A stretch of 52,137 nucleotides of DNA, taken from the NCBI RefSeq assembly GCF_001194135.2, contig NC_068999.1:40859930-40912066 (forward strand). Direction: 5' to 3'. This stretch comes from Octopus bimaculoides. Taxonomy: Eukaryota. A model generated the notes under the pieces. It was not told the origin of the DNA and searched no databases. It saw nothing but the letters and a program-made list of their open reading frames with translations. The position numbers were made by a program, and so were the translations under genes. Shown piece after piece: positions 1-13,733 of this stretch (positions are counted from its first letter, which is position 1; each line of letters starts with the position of its first letter).

Positions 1-97
1 GTAGGACATATTGATATAATTTTTCTTAAATATTTTAACAGAGTAAGAAGCTGGTAGAAATTCTTGTTGTCACTATTGTAGCAGAGTGTTAAAAATA

Positions 98-137
<40 letters not shown>

Positions 138-429
138 CGACAGTCTTTACCACTTTCTCAGGTAGGGACCATAACCATTAAGATTTTCTGCCGATGGTTT
201 AAGCCGATTAAAACGAGGAATTGCTGGCTTTGAGCCAATCCTAAAAGAAAGTAGCGTCGTCATATCACCAGGTATTTTGGATAGAACGTAGCAATATTAC
301 AGATTCCTTGTAGTCTTGATTCTCCCATTTCTTCCTCCACAGTTATGTAGACTTAGGTCTGCACATGACCCCCTCAGACTCATAGAGCAGGAGTCTAACT
401 GTGTTTTCTTGCCAACAATCCATAGCAAG

Positions 430-572
430 GTAAGATTCCCAGCTGTTGCTGGAACTTATTTACAGCTTCATCGACTGGGAATGAAGTAAAATAAAGTGTT
501 TTGTTCAACAACATAATGCATCGGCCGCTCCGAGAATCGAAACACCCTAACCACCAGATCATGCACCTTCGC
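430..572 (-). mobile_element. Degenerate tRNA-derived SINE (family B in this report), 5' part
   Basis: The reverse complement (tggtggttagggtgtttcgattctcgg...tgttgttgaacaaaacactttattttac) resembles the copies at 4445-4755 and 42595-42790. Confidence 0.55.
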
Positions 573-1903
573 AGATATCACAGAAAATAGAACTACACCG
601 AGAATGTGTACATCTGTTTTCTTTCATTTATTAAATGAGAGGTGTTCATGAAGTAAGAACAGATTTTCACTTGCTATCATCAGCAATTTTACATTCTGCG
701 TGTAGGAACGTAAATATCACAAAAGTCAGTAATTTACCATTTTTCCCGAGTCGAGATAAGAAACGAAAAAAATTACTTAGGGCGTACGGAGAAATTTGGC
801 GCTAAAATAGCATTAATTCAGTAATTGGCAACTAGACTCTTTCACTGGTTCCTACGTTAGGTATGAACATACGAAGTAGCAGCATTGGTTTTATATTTAT
901 ATTATTGTGCATCGTTCATTTTCGATAACGTGTTTGTTTCCGTTTTTTTTTTCTCTGTTCTTCTCTAGTATTTACTGTTCGTTGTTGCAATGGTCCGAAA
1001 AATTTCTTTAATATTTCGTTAGTATTTCTTGACGTGATACGTACACACACACACACAAAGCAACATACAAACACACACACGTAATTTACCGTCTGCGCGT
1101 GCATATTTATAGTATGTGTATAAATATAGGCACACATGAACTCATACCTACGCTTGTATAAAAGAATGTTTATATGTATGTGAATCTGTATATTTGCGGG
1201 TGTATATATTAATTTGCGTGTATGATGTATGCATATAGTTACGCGTGTAAATATAGACACATATATATATGTGCATATATTGTGTTGGTATTCAAGACTA
1301 TATACATGTATTTGTATATATATATATATATATATATATACGCGTGTACATAAAAAAAACTATATTACCCGACACACGTTTATATGTATATACATTTACA
1401 CACACACACACACACTAATATTTATCAGCTGAAGAATTCTGGGCGCAATACGATTGCGTCATTTGCTTCCGTTTTTGTTTCTTCTATTCCTCTTCTGATT
1501 GCCATTTCATTTTGCGATATTCCAAATACACTTTGATTTGTCCGACCTTTCAGCCCCTCTTTATTTCTGTCTCTCGCTCTCTTTCTCTCTCTCTCTCTCG
1601 AAATGCTACTAGCAGTCTGTATGAGGTCTAAAAATATTTGTTAGTCTTGCAAAATACTTGCTTTGCAATATTTACAAGATTATACATCTTATCTTCGTCA
1701 GAAAGCTGAAAGCAATAAAAAATGCACTGACAAATGTATAAAAAATAAAAGATACTAAATGACGTGCTAAAGAAACAATTAGAATAAAATACCACCTGCA
1801 TTAATGTATAGATATGTGTATGTTGTGTGTCAGGTTTTGTGTAAATAAGTTTATACATGTTCGTAACTGTATTGATATGAGTAATGAGCACATTTCAGAG
1901 TTC

Positions 1904-1970
<67 letters not shown>

Positions 1971-1995
1971 GGTTTGGAGATGATGTATAGGTATC

Positions 1996-2200
1996 ATATA
2001 TTAGAAAATATAATAAGGTACTCAGAGATCTGGATGGTTGTACATTTACAGATTTCTATTAATTTGTCACACGTTTTTATAAATCATATATTATATGTTA
2101 GCGCTTGCATCTACTCTAAACAACATGAGACATGTTAATAAAAGTCTGTCAATGTACAACCATCCACAACTCTGAGTACCTTATTTTTTTCTAATATATA
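1996..2200. mobile_element. Fold-back MITE-like element with ~51-70 bp inverted arms in TA context
   Basis: 2012-2062 and the reverse complement of 2135-2185 match at 46/51 nt; the arms extend outward with a 2-nt indel; 72-nt spacer; (TA)n on both sides. Confidence 0.7.
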
Positions 2201-2314
2201 TATATATATATACATACGTACATGCATATATACAGTGTATATGTAATATACTATATATAAATGTATATACATAGTGTGTATATATAATATACAATATATA
2301 TATATACATTTATG

Positions 2315-2347
<33 letters not shown>

Positions 2348-3262
2348 GTATATATGTAAATGTCTGTTAGAATATATATTTAGCCACATCACGTATCTAT
2401 ATATATAAAATATAATTTGTGTGTGTATTTACGCATAAACACACACACACACACATGTAGGTAGGTAGGTAGGTAGGTTCCCAATACATACCATGAAATA
2501 TACCCGCATATGTATTTAGTTTAATTCAACCCCACACATGCATGAACATACAAATTATACACACACTGGCAGTACCGTATATATATATATATATATACAC
2601 TGTATATATGCATGTACGTATGTATATATATATATATACAGATGCGCGTGTGTGTGTGTGTGTGTACGGCGGTGATACAAGTTATATGCTATGATTTTTA
2701 CGCATTTAATATTTCGCATTTTCCGATGCTCACGTGTTCTGGGTTTTCTCGTTGTTATATAAATTAAGTTGTCACTATACACACACACACACACACAAGT
2801 TTAATTATATTATATGCACGTTTGTCGGTGCTATTTCTATATTTGTTTGTATACGTGTTATATTTCTGTGTGTGTGTGTCTTTGTGTTTGTGCATGTATG
2901 TTTTGTAAATGTGTTTACTTCCATGTTTGTTTCCGACCAAATATATTCGGTTAATGGTAATAAATTTAGCAGTTTGGTACAACTACTGTTTCTTCTAATT
3001 CCAGGATTCCATTAAGACTACGAGGAAACATTATACGGTTCTGCTTGTAATGAGGTTGTTGCAGAAAATGTATTCAATTCTAAGCTCGCCATAGACATTT
3101 TAAAAGACTAATGGAGCAACATATAGTTAATTTTTCTTGTAGTGTAGGAAATAAACAGTTTCTACTGTTTTTGCGCATTATATGGGATTTCTGGTGAGAA
3201 CAAATGTTGGCAGTGAAGCGACACACACAACGCACATATCACAGTCACGTATCGGCTTCCTT

Positions 3263-3313
<51 letters not shown>

Positions 3314-3504
3314 NNNNNNNNNNNNNNNNNNNNNNNNNNNNNNNNNNNNNNNNNNNNNNNNNNNNNNNNNNNNNNNNNNNNNNNNNNNNNNNNNNNNNNN
3401 NNNNNNNNNNNNNNNNNNNNNNNNNNNNNNNNNNNNNNNNNNNNNNNNNNNNNNNNNNNNNNNNNNNNNNNNNNNNNNNNNNNNNNNNNNNNNNNNNNNN
3501 NNNN

Positions 3505-3780
3505 TAACACTTTTTCTTTTACTGGTTTTCGCCCAGGGCTGGGATCATGCTGGTTCACCAGCATGTTACTCGGTGTTATCGCCTGTATTGTTTTCAGTGA
3601 AATAGCGAGTTGGACGGAGCGGTACTTCTTTGCGTCTCCTGCCGTGATGTGTCTTCATCTGGTATGTCAGACGCTCCTTAAAAACGTCCACATGTAGATG
3701 TCTAATGCTGCTTGGGAGGATGTTGAACTATTGCGGGCCCTTGAAACCCAGACTATTGCACTGCTCTGTCCTTATTTTAG
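3505..3780 (-). mobile_element. 3' end fragment of a CR1/L2-group LINE (ORF2 C-terminus relic)
   Basis: Minus-strand translation SLGFKGPQ*FNILPSSIRHLHVDVFKERL, then after a frameshift IPDEDTSRQETQRSTAPSNSLFH*, resembles the terminal ORF2 motif of invertebrate CR1/L2 elements; stops and frameshift indicate a dead copy. Confidence 0.7.
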
Positions 3781-3782
3781 AT

Positions 3783-3828
<46 letters not shown>

Positions 3829-4444
3829 ATATAGAGATATATGTATATAGATGTATATATGTATGTCTCTGTGTATATATGTATATGAAAAAAAAAAATA
3901 TATATATATAGATATATATATGTGTGTATATATATATATATTTGCATACACATAGTACTTAGACACAAACTCGCATATAAGCACACTCGCACACTGTATG
4001 TGCATCTGCTTATATGTACAAAGAATCACTCTTTCTCACTATATATATATACATACATACATACACACACACATACATGTGATAAATGATTATATAAATG
4101 TGTAAGCCATTACAGAAATGAATTACAATGCAGGTAATATATAAAGTATCGTATTGTGTGAGTTAAAATCTATCTGCAACTCGTATTTCTTGTTAATGCA
4201 CATTTGTTAATTTGCTTGTTAAAAATGTTTATAACGAAAAAAGGGTGTAAAAATTTTAATGAAGAGACATAGAATACAAAGGGGGAATGCTGTTGGCAAA
4301 TATCTGGTGTAGAATGGAAGGCGCTTGCATATATAATGTGTAATATAGTGTGTGTCTTTATGTACACGGTCGTATTCATACAGACGTACTTCGTGTATTC
4401 GCTCCACATACACGTACTCATTAAATACCTGTGTATACATCTAA

Positions 4445-4755
4445 CTCTCCCCTATTTACAACATCGAGGATGCCTGATGGAACGAGCAACGGAACAGCCT
4501 GCTCATGAAATTAATATGCAAGTGACTGAGTTCTCCACAGATACACGTGCTCTTGACGGAGACCTCTTGGAGACTCAGCCTGACGCAGAATATAAGGCTG
4601 GCTCTTATCTGCTACTATTCATGTTTGACGCTGAGTGTATTGGAGCAACGTGAAATAAAATGACTTGCTCAGTGGCACAATGTGCTGCTGCGAATCGATC
4701 TCGCAACCTTGCGATCGTAAGGTGAATAGCCTAACGACTGGACCACGCAGCTTAA
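4445..4755 (-). mobile_element. tRNA-derived SINE family B, near full length
   Basis: The reverse complement has a tRNA-like head, a central block (gagcaagtcattttatttcacgttgctcca) and a 3' body (aatttcatgagcaggctgttccgttgc). Confidence 0.75.
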
Positions 4756-5786
4756 TACATGTCTAGAGACATGTAAAGATATGTCATTTTCTCGTTAGTT
4801 TTAATTGTCAGAAGTTAGAAAATGATTTCAAAGTCGGGAGTTTTGGATGTCGCTTCATAAAGACTGTCCAGGAAACTCTCCTTCCTTGAGGGTCCTTGTA
4901 TGTTCTACGATTAAAAATAATGTAAAAACAAACACAAAATACATAAGTTATGAATGCAGAGATTGGACACCCAGATCTGGAAATAGAGATAACCAGAAAA
5001 TGGTGGGTAACGAACATACGTAATCCCCAAAAGAATAGGTATTCTATCAATACTAAAAATTGCAGACAAATCCATATAACATCGTCAAATGAACAGACTA
5101 TAGAGAAAATAGGACAAAATAAACGCTGTGCATATATTGCCAAATGTATTTCTTCAATACAATAGATAAAGAAAGAATAAATAACGCATACCCATGGCAC
5201 ACAGGGCTGGGTTTGGATGGCGAGTAAAAGCTCGTAATACAATTATAATTACTTAGCATAAAAAGATAACAAGTTTTAATATTATTTGTTTATTTCCCAA
5301 AAGGGTAAAGAAGAAGATTACAATAGCAAGGAGAAAAAAAAACAAACTTCGTATAAGGACACAAAAGTAGTGATAGTCGTGGGGTATGGTTAGTTGGTTG
5401 GCTGGTTGGTTTGTTAGTATATTTGCCACAAGGGACTTGAAAGGAAGTTGTAGTCGACACAACGCATTGTTCCTCACGATGCTTTGAAAAAAAAGAACGA
5501 AACTAACAACAATACTAGGAGAAAGGAACCAAACTGTTTATTTCGTGAATGGAGATGAGGATTGAAAATACTAAACAGTAAATTCATCTGTAGCATAGAG
5601 GATTGAGTAAATGGTTCGCAAATATGGATGAAAGGGAATACCACATTTGCAAATTAAGAAGTGTGCATATATATATAATTACACATTTGCACATATACAT
5701 ACACGTGCATCATTTATGAGCATACTCAATGCATATATAGATTTACGCACACACACACATAGATATGTACAATTGTGAGTTACGTG

Positions 5787-5836
<50 letters not shown>

Positions 5837-7443
5837 CATATACTCAAATACACAAACTCACAGGCACGTTTGTCGAACAGTTTACTTCATTTCTGTATCT
5901 TTACCTTTGTTTTGTCCATTTTTATTTTTATAACAATTGTTATAATTAACGTAGTGGAAAGCGAAATAAACTAACAAAGACGGCTGTTTTTGACAATACC
6001 TTTGTTCTGCTCTTCCTCTTTTTTTTTTTACTTTCTCTCTCTTTTTTTTTTCTCTTTCACACATCATTACATATTTCTATTATATCGTTGGAGCGACCAT
6101 TTTCTTTTGTTGCTTTTCACTTCCGCCAACTTGTATTGCCATACACAAATATCATTAATACGGTTTCATTGCATAAAATACTGCATTAAATTCGCAGTTA
6201 GTAAGTGCGTTTCCCTACATTATGGAATTAAAGTACTATAAGTGCGTAATAGCTTGCTCTCGTTGCGGTTTGTTGTTTGTAACAAACCAACGCCTCGAAC
6301 AATAAATAATATTACTACTAATAACACCATCAATGTTACAAACTACACCAACAGTTCCACTTTTAAGTAGCAATCGAGATATCGTACATGTATTTAGATA
6401 GTTGAACGCTTTGTTGAACTTGATGATTTGTATGTAAATATATATATATATATATATACATACATACATGTACAGCACACGGGTGATTATATATATATGG
6501 GTGATAGATATATATATATATATATATAAAGTAAATGTAGTAGAACTTGGCAGCAAACATTGTGGTTATTGTGGTGAGTTATATAATCTTATAATCCATT
6601 TGGTCATTAGAATTTACCATAAAAGAAGACTTTCTCTCATTGCAGCTTATCTAGTCATTAGTCAATATAAGAGCTGTTAGTGACATACGCTATTAATATA
6701 TTTCGCTCATTTAACAATTTCATTGCCACACACTCATATCCAGGCACACATATGCACGTAGGTACACTAATTTCTATATATGCTTACAAATACATTCGCA
6801 TGCAAACATACACACAGGTATGTATGTTCCAGCCTAGTACCCGTCATTATTACTAAGGTGATTTGCGATCTTGTTTCAATTATGTTTAATCATTTTGCTT
6901 CGTGCCTTCCACCGTAATCTTTTCTTTTTGCTTTCGCTTATTCCTTGTCATTTTTCTACCCTCTTCCACTTTACAAATCACATGCATTTTTGATTTCTTC
7001 TTTCGGAAAGGCTTCGCCTTTCTTTTGCAATTCACTTTCGATTAGTTCCTCTGTAACTAAGAATGTTTTCGTGTTTGTCTTTTATTTGTTTGACATTATT
7101 CACTTCCCCTATTTCACTTCATCTTTTTTATAGTTGTCATTAACTCATTCCCGTAGACCATTATTTCTACCCTTCTCTCCTCTGTGTCCCCTCTTTCTCT
7201 CTCTCTTTATATATAAACAAAAAATAATCGCAATAGATGCATAAATACAAAACAAAATCGGCCACCACCAACAATTGCAAGACATAGAAATACCACACAA
7301 CAGAAATAACATATACAACCAAGGAAAAACACTAGAAGACTGACTATTGATTAAACACAAGCACTAGGTCACCCGCACCAGTACTGTATACATATATACA
7401 CAGATATTCACTCATACGGTACTAGTAATAGCACGTTGTCACA

Positions 7444-7488
7444 GTCTCGCCTGAAGATGGCACTTGCGTGAAACTCGAGTCGGGAGAC
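7444..7488 (+). ncRNA. Candidate type I minimal hammerhead ribozyme (Penelope-type)
   Basis: Helix I GTCTCGC/GGGAGAC (6/7 bp), core CTGAAGA 7451-7457, GAAA 7470-7473, palindromic helix III ACTCGAGT 7473-7480, GUC cleavage triplet ending at 7481; helix II is weak (TGGCACTTGCGT). Confidence 0.6.
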
Positions 7489-7590
7489 AAACTTTCATTG
7501 ACGCGTGTTTGTATGTATTATATTTGGCCCTACGTATGGATAACGAAAGAGGCAGAGAATAATGCATACTTGTAACTATGTACACGTGTA

Positions 7591-7666
<76 letters not shown>

Positions 7667-8394
7667 AACACACATGCATTTATCTATCTATATATATAGA
7701 ATCTTTCACTTATCTTACTCTGCCTTTTATTCTAAACATATTTATTTCACACGCGTCAACATGTATTTCAACACACACACACACACTTAAATAGTTAAAT
7801 GCACGCATACAAACGAGCCCACTTGCAGGCAAACAGTTTTCACAGAGCCTGTAATAAAGACAACCAGACCGTGAAAGATGGATGACTGGAAGATGTGTGT
7901 ATATAAACTAAAGTGGCATATCCTGTAATCATTGACTGCGTTTAGAAAACATATTCTGACTGGGTCATTACATACCACATGTGTTATGAGACATACTTCC
8001 TTGAGATAACTGACATGATGTGTGAACGCTGGTGTTAATGAAGCAATGAGAAATATTAGGATGTTGATATAAGCTTGGATAATCTTTATTAACGGTGAGA
8101 GATTACACAGTTAAAACAACATTGATGTACGGTGTTTTGCGTTTCCTGCATCTACAGTACAAGATACCAAAATAGACTGCTCTATGTTTGTTATAAAAAT
8201 AGTTCTTAGTGAAACAGCACGCACCAAATATCTACTTAAAACTGCACACGCATACACACACACACATGCACACGCACACATACATATAGAATGTAATGTA
8301 TATAATAATACATGTATATAGTCGTATATTCATAAAAGTCTATATATATAGAATGTGTGTGCATAAATATGTATATATATATATGCATATATTC

Positions 8395-8455
<61 letters not shown>

Positions 8456-9145
8456 CATTAATGAATAAGAGAGAGGCGTGCATATTGCCGGTGATAATAT
8501 GAAAAACCTTATATAACCAGTACGTCCGAGAAAATATTTATAGTATAAACTTAAACATGACTACTTTACCACATACTTCAAAATTTCTGCCCGAAAGACG
8601 TTCATCAGATGGAACGTCAAATATATAGTTTGCACAAAACCTGTAGTACATTGACGCACTTCTTCACCCTCATGCTATCATTGGATTACTTGTTGCCGCA
8701 TTATATTCATCTAATATAATAGTGGTCACCTCTAAATCTCAAATCGATATGCTATAATATCATATATATAAATTGATGGAGCAAAATTTTATGTATAGAT
8801 TCTTGTTCGTACATTAGCTCTAATGTAGTCATGGGTCAGTGTATGTGTGTTTTATGTGCATGTGTTGTTGTGCTTTAATATTAGTTTTTATACAATGGTA
8901 TCATTCTACTTGAACTTGACCACCAGTTAAAGAAAATAGGGTAGCACTTTTCGTATTGGCAATTCTTCAAAGGTACATAACCTGCAGGTAGGAGTTGATT
9001 AATCAATAATACTTTAGATACAGAGTTTGAGATATGTAAAAGTTTTATACACACACACTCACACACGAGTATGTCTGTGTTTGTGCTTGTGTGTGTGTAA
9101 AAATAGTTTCTTTCTACCTGTATGCATGTGTGTATTTACCTAGAA

Positions 9146-9202
<57 letters not shown>

Positions 9203-9520
9203 NNNNNNNNNNATATATATATATATATACGTATATATTACACACTCAGTTGGATGGAGGAAGGCTCTAAATTAGATACTTAAGGAAGCAGTAAAACTTT
9301 CTTTGAAGAAGGGGTTTAGTTGGAACTTCTGTGTGATATAAAATAAAACAATCTCTGGCACAAATATATATGTAAACCTAACGACTGTCTAATAGACATC
9401 TGAAGAACTTTCAGGTAAAACACCAAATTGTTGAATCAGCAGGACGTTATAATTTACACACTCAGTTCCTTGTAGACAATTCTGTTCAATAATGAAGCTC
9501 TTATTCACATGCAAAGCCCT

Positions 9521-9556
<36 letters not shown>

Positions 9557-10330
9557 AATACTGTCCTATATTTTCATCTGGCCTTCAGCGTCATTATCAT
9601 TAGTGGTATATTTTTCAATGATTGAAAAGTTCGATCCTTGGCACATGGAAGTATCTTTCCTTCCGTTTCTCTCTTTCTTTCTGTTTCTCTCTTTCTTTCT
9701 CTTTCTCTCACTTTCTCTCCCCGCCCCCAACCCACACATGGCTGACGATGCATGGTTGTTTCCTATGTTCCCAACCCTTCTGCCCCATGATCGGTCTCAC
9801 TGCAAAATACCCCGACCAAGTACCTTTTGCTACTGTCGCGGGTTAAGCAATGCTTTGTTTCGTGGAATTTCATGAACGGAAACTGAGTAGAATTTTATGT
9901 TTTATAATTTGTATCTCTGTCCATTGTCCAGGTGAATCGTATTACCTTTTCAAGCTCATTATTAATTGATTTCAGGATCGACAACACCTCTTAAGTTCTT
10001 CAAATGCACCCCTTTACATAATTTTCCATCCGAACTTTGACCTACGACCCATTTAAAGGGCTTCAAAACAGAGCCACAATAATTTTAGAAATATATTTAA
10101 TTTAAAATCAGTAGAAAGTAAAATTTCATCATAAAACGTAATGGTTAGTGTGGAATATTGCCGTTCATGGTTTCCAGGTCGAAAAATAAAACCCCAAATA
10201 CATTGGCCGTTCCTTTCTCTCTCCCACTAACCCTCCAACTTCTCTGTCTCATTCTTCCACTCCTCCTCTTTCTCTGTCTCTCTGTCTCTCTCTCTCTCTC
10301 TCTCCCTCTCTCTCTCTCTCNNNNNNNNNN

Positions 10331-10372
<42 letters not shown>

Positions 10373-11842
10373 TTTCCTCTCAGCAGACGAAATCGATTGA
10401 TGTCGGCATTGGGATGAGTTATGGTCGTCTGAAAATATTCAAATGTTTAACACATGTATTTCACGACGCTACTGAAACAATGCCATCAGGACTCGAAGGA
10501 TAAAGTAGGAAGGAACATGTTACAATACCGTAAAACAAATACCAAAACCAAACACCCATAGAATTCACTTCCTGACCAAAGACATACTACATATTTCTAT
10601 ATTTTAGTTCGATTCCTACTTGTCGTCAATTCTATAAAGTCACGTCCGTAATAATCTTGGCAATCTTATCAACATATGATATCAAATAAACAACGTTTCT
10701 ATTTCGACCAACAAATGCGAAGGTAGAGGCTAGTATCTGGAAATGAAATCAATAATGTTCTTTTGCGAGCGTTCCAAATTGAAATGCAATCAGCCTGAGT
10801 TGTAGAAATTTCACGGTCGAAGTGAGATATACGCTTAAGAAAAAGAAGAAAATCGATAACGTAGATTTACAAACAATGTTAGTGCATGCTTCGCGGAAAA
10901 TTGGCCTGCTACCGTATAGGTGTATAAGAGTGTGTATGTATGTATGTATGTAGGTAGGTAGGTAAATAGGTAGGTAGTTATACGTATATATATATATATA
11001 TACATACATATATATATATGAGTGTGTGTGTGATGCCAAATCAATACCTGCCGTAGCAGTCGTAATTTGATGAAAAGTTAAATAATTGCTAATAGCCAAA
11101 ACCAATTTCAAGAAGAACGGAAAAAAAGAGAGAGATAGAAAAGGTGGATTTATTTAAAAGATTGTTAAACAAAGTTTGGCTATAATTTTTCGCAAAAGGA
11201 ACCACTCTTTAGAGCAGTTACACGTAAGCTCTTTCAAAAAGCGGACCGCAGTAGATATAGATTCTCATCTGTTAAGCCACACTACAAAAATACAAAGATT
11301 TTTCATCAGACATGCCATTCTGAAAGTCCGCGGGCCATTATTTGCTCATTATTGATACAGTGCATACATCTTGATCCTGTAACTTTTCTTTAGACTGGAA
11401 TAAAGGAAGGTTTTAATGAGAAATTGGTTGGATAGGAAATAAAGTTTGGCTGTTATTTTAACTAAAAAGAGCGTTCGTAAAGAAGCATCATCGTTGGCTC
11501 CGTAATTTCTTTGTTTTAGTTTAGCTGCAGGGCGTCTGTGAATAACCTTTCTTCATATTACAGACATTCCATTGCACATTGAGTAATATATACATAATCC
11601 GCTGCAACCATTCATTGCTAAGACAATAGAGTGACTCTAACAAATCTTGTAAACTAGAAATATATTAATCGTATATCATTCAAGTTTTTTCACCCCTGTA
11701 TCAATATATATATATTTCTATGAATATGCCTCATGAAATAGATGAATATACGTGAGAGAGGGAGGGAGAGCACTGGCGAGACAAAATCTTACATATATGT
11801 ATTTTATGTCTGGATTATCTTATTTAACGAGAGCTCAATACA

Positions 11843-11873
<31 letters not shown>

Positions 11874-12927
11874 NNNNNNNNNNNNNNNNNNNNNNNNNNN
11901 NNNNNNNNNNNNNNNNNNNNNNNNNNNNNNNNNNNNNNNNNNNNNNNNNNNNNNNNNNNNNNNNNNNNNNNNNNNNNNNNNNNNNNNNNNNNNNNNNNNN
12001 NNNNNNNNNNNNNNNNNNNNNNNNNNNNNNNNNNNNNNNNNNNNNNNNNNNNNNNNNNNNNNNNNNNNNNNNNNNNNNNNNNNNNNNNNNNNNNNNNNNN
12101 NNNNATACATGTGTGTGTGTGAATGTATACATGTGTGTAACGTTAAAAAAGGAGACATCCTAATGTCTGTCGATGATGAGGCTTTGTGGAGCCATTGCGA
12201 TAAATATCAATTTCTAAACTATTCCCCTTGTAATATTCAAAATATGAAGAATGATACAGTGAGGGAGAATATCACTGGGTGTATGTAGTGTGTATGTCTG
12301 CCTTACATACATACATACATATATATTGTACAGAGAATGTGTGCGTATCCTAAGTGTAAATACGTTTGCGTGGAATTATGTATATGGTAAGCACACATAC
12401 ACATCATTATGTATTTACGTATAATATATATAGTTGTGTTTGCTACATGTATGTAAATGTGTGCTATCGTATGTATTGATATGTTTACATTTTAATCTAG
12501 ATAAAAAGTTTTAGAAAAGAATGTATGAGGAAAGCATAGAAATATATTCACATAATCGCACGCACATACACACACACCCACACACAGCTGTATGTATGTA
12601 CACACATGTGCATGTCTATGTATGTAAGTGTTTGTGCCGATGGCTGGATGAAAAAAATCAACAACCAGTTATGATTCTTGAGAGAAATATCATTTTTCCA
12701 ATTGAAGATATAAAAAAATATAGGTCTATTCTCTTCCAATCGAAACAATGGAGCTGACAATGGTCTGAGAGCCCTGATATATGATAGGATTTTGGTCGGT
12801 CGTCTATGTTAGAGTGAAGATTTATCTGTATGGTTTTATTATTTGATATTCCAAGAAGGAGAAACGGATACGAGGAAAAACCTAAAACACTCATCGACAT
12901 AAGTCAGTCATATGAATGTTGTAGAAG

Positions 12928-13030
12928 TATGGTTATGTGGTTAAGAAACCCACTTTGCAAGTATTTGGTTTTGGGTTCAGTCCTGTTACCCGGCACCTTG
13001 ACCGAGTGTGTTCTATAGCCAAGGAGCATA
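12928..13030 (+). mobile_element. SINE family C 5' head fragment
   Basis: gtggttatgtggttaagaaa...gggttcagtcctgttacccggcaccttgacc...ctatagcc, similar to the head at 45570. Confidence 0.6.
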
Positions 13031-13059
13031 AAGTCAGTTACCGACAACTGGTCTTTAGT

Positions 13060-13540
13060 CTTCTTCAGATCCTCCGTCCTGAATTTTGGTCTCTCCAGAG
13101 CTCGTTCGCCTTTCTAGTTGCATCAATACCACATCATTATGAACTTTAGTGCAACAGGTGAGGCAGTGGGCAAGGGTGTGGCACTTGGAGCCAGCGCATG
13201 AAAGATTTTGGAGGTGGGTGAGAGCGAGTGATGTCTGTCCACACTATAGAATGAAGTTTGCAAGACATCAAAGTTATTATCGCTACTCTGAGCCTCTTAT
13301 ACCTGCTACAAGAGTGGGCCTATGATCATATACATTTCAACCATGACCATCTCCTATGTTTCCTATGTGCACCAAACGACATTTATTTTAATTCACTTTA
13401 TATCGTTTAAAAAGACTGTTGGATGGGATTAAAAGTAGTTTAGTCCACCATTTCTAGCTCCATGATCATCAACTAAGGCTCTGACTCCTTGCCTCAAACA
13501 CTGCTGGAGACTTCAACACGGTCATTGCACCTCGTTAATT
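13060..13540. repeat. Unclassified interspersed repeat fragment(s)
   Basis: GC-richer block containing cctatgatca...ttcaaccatgaccatc and aggctctgactccttgcctcaaacactgc, which I recall from octopus repeats; no intact ORF. Confidence 0.35.
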
Positions 13541-13678
13541 ATCTTTTGTTCATTTGATCGATGAATGTATCTTTGCCCTATTGATAATATATTTACAAAT
13601 AACCGGTTTGAGGCATTAGTAATTTTTTTTTTTTCATTTTTCTTAGCATTACTTGTGTTGGCAATTGATATTACGCAG

Positions 13679-13733
13679 TTGTAGCTGACGAAATACGTCC
13701 CATAGACTGGTTGACAAGATATCGACCTCCTGA
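13679..13733 (+). CDS. Weak candidate internal exon, unknown protein (xVADEIRPIDWLTRYRPPx)
   Basis: acgcag|TT...GA|gtaatt boundaries; 55 nt; open in one phase; no homologue recognised. Confidence 0.15.

Noticed and set aside
9798-9852. Hammerhead-like relic (CTGCAAAAT-ACCCCGAC...GTCGCGGGT-TAAG)
   Set aside because: A helix is present but both core strands are broken by several changes
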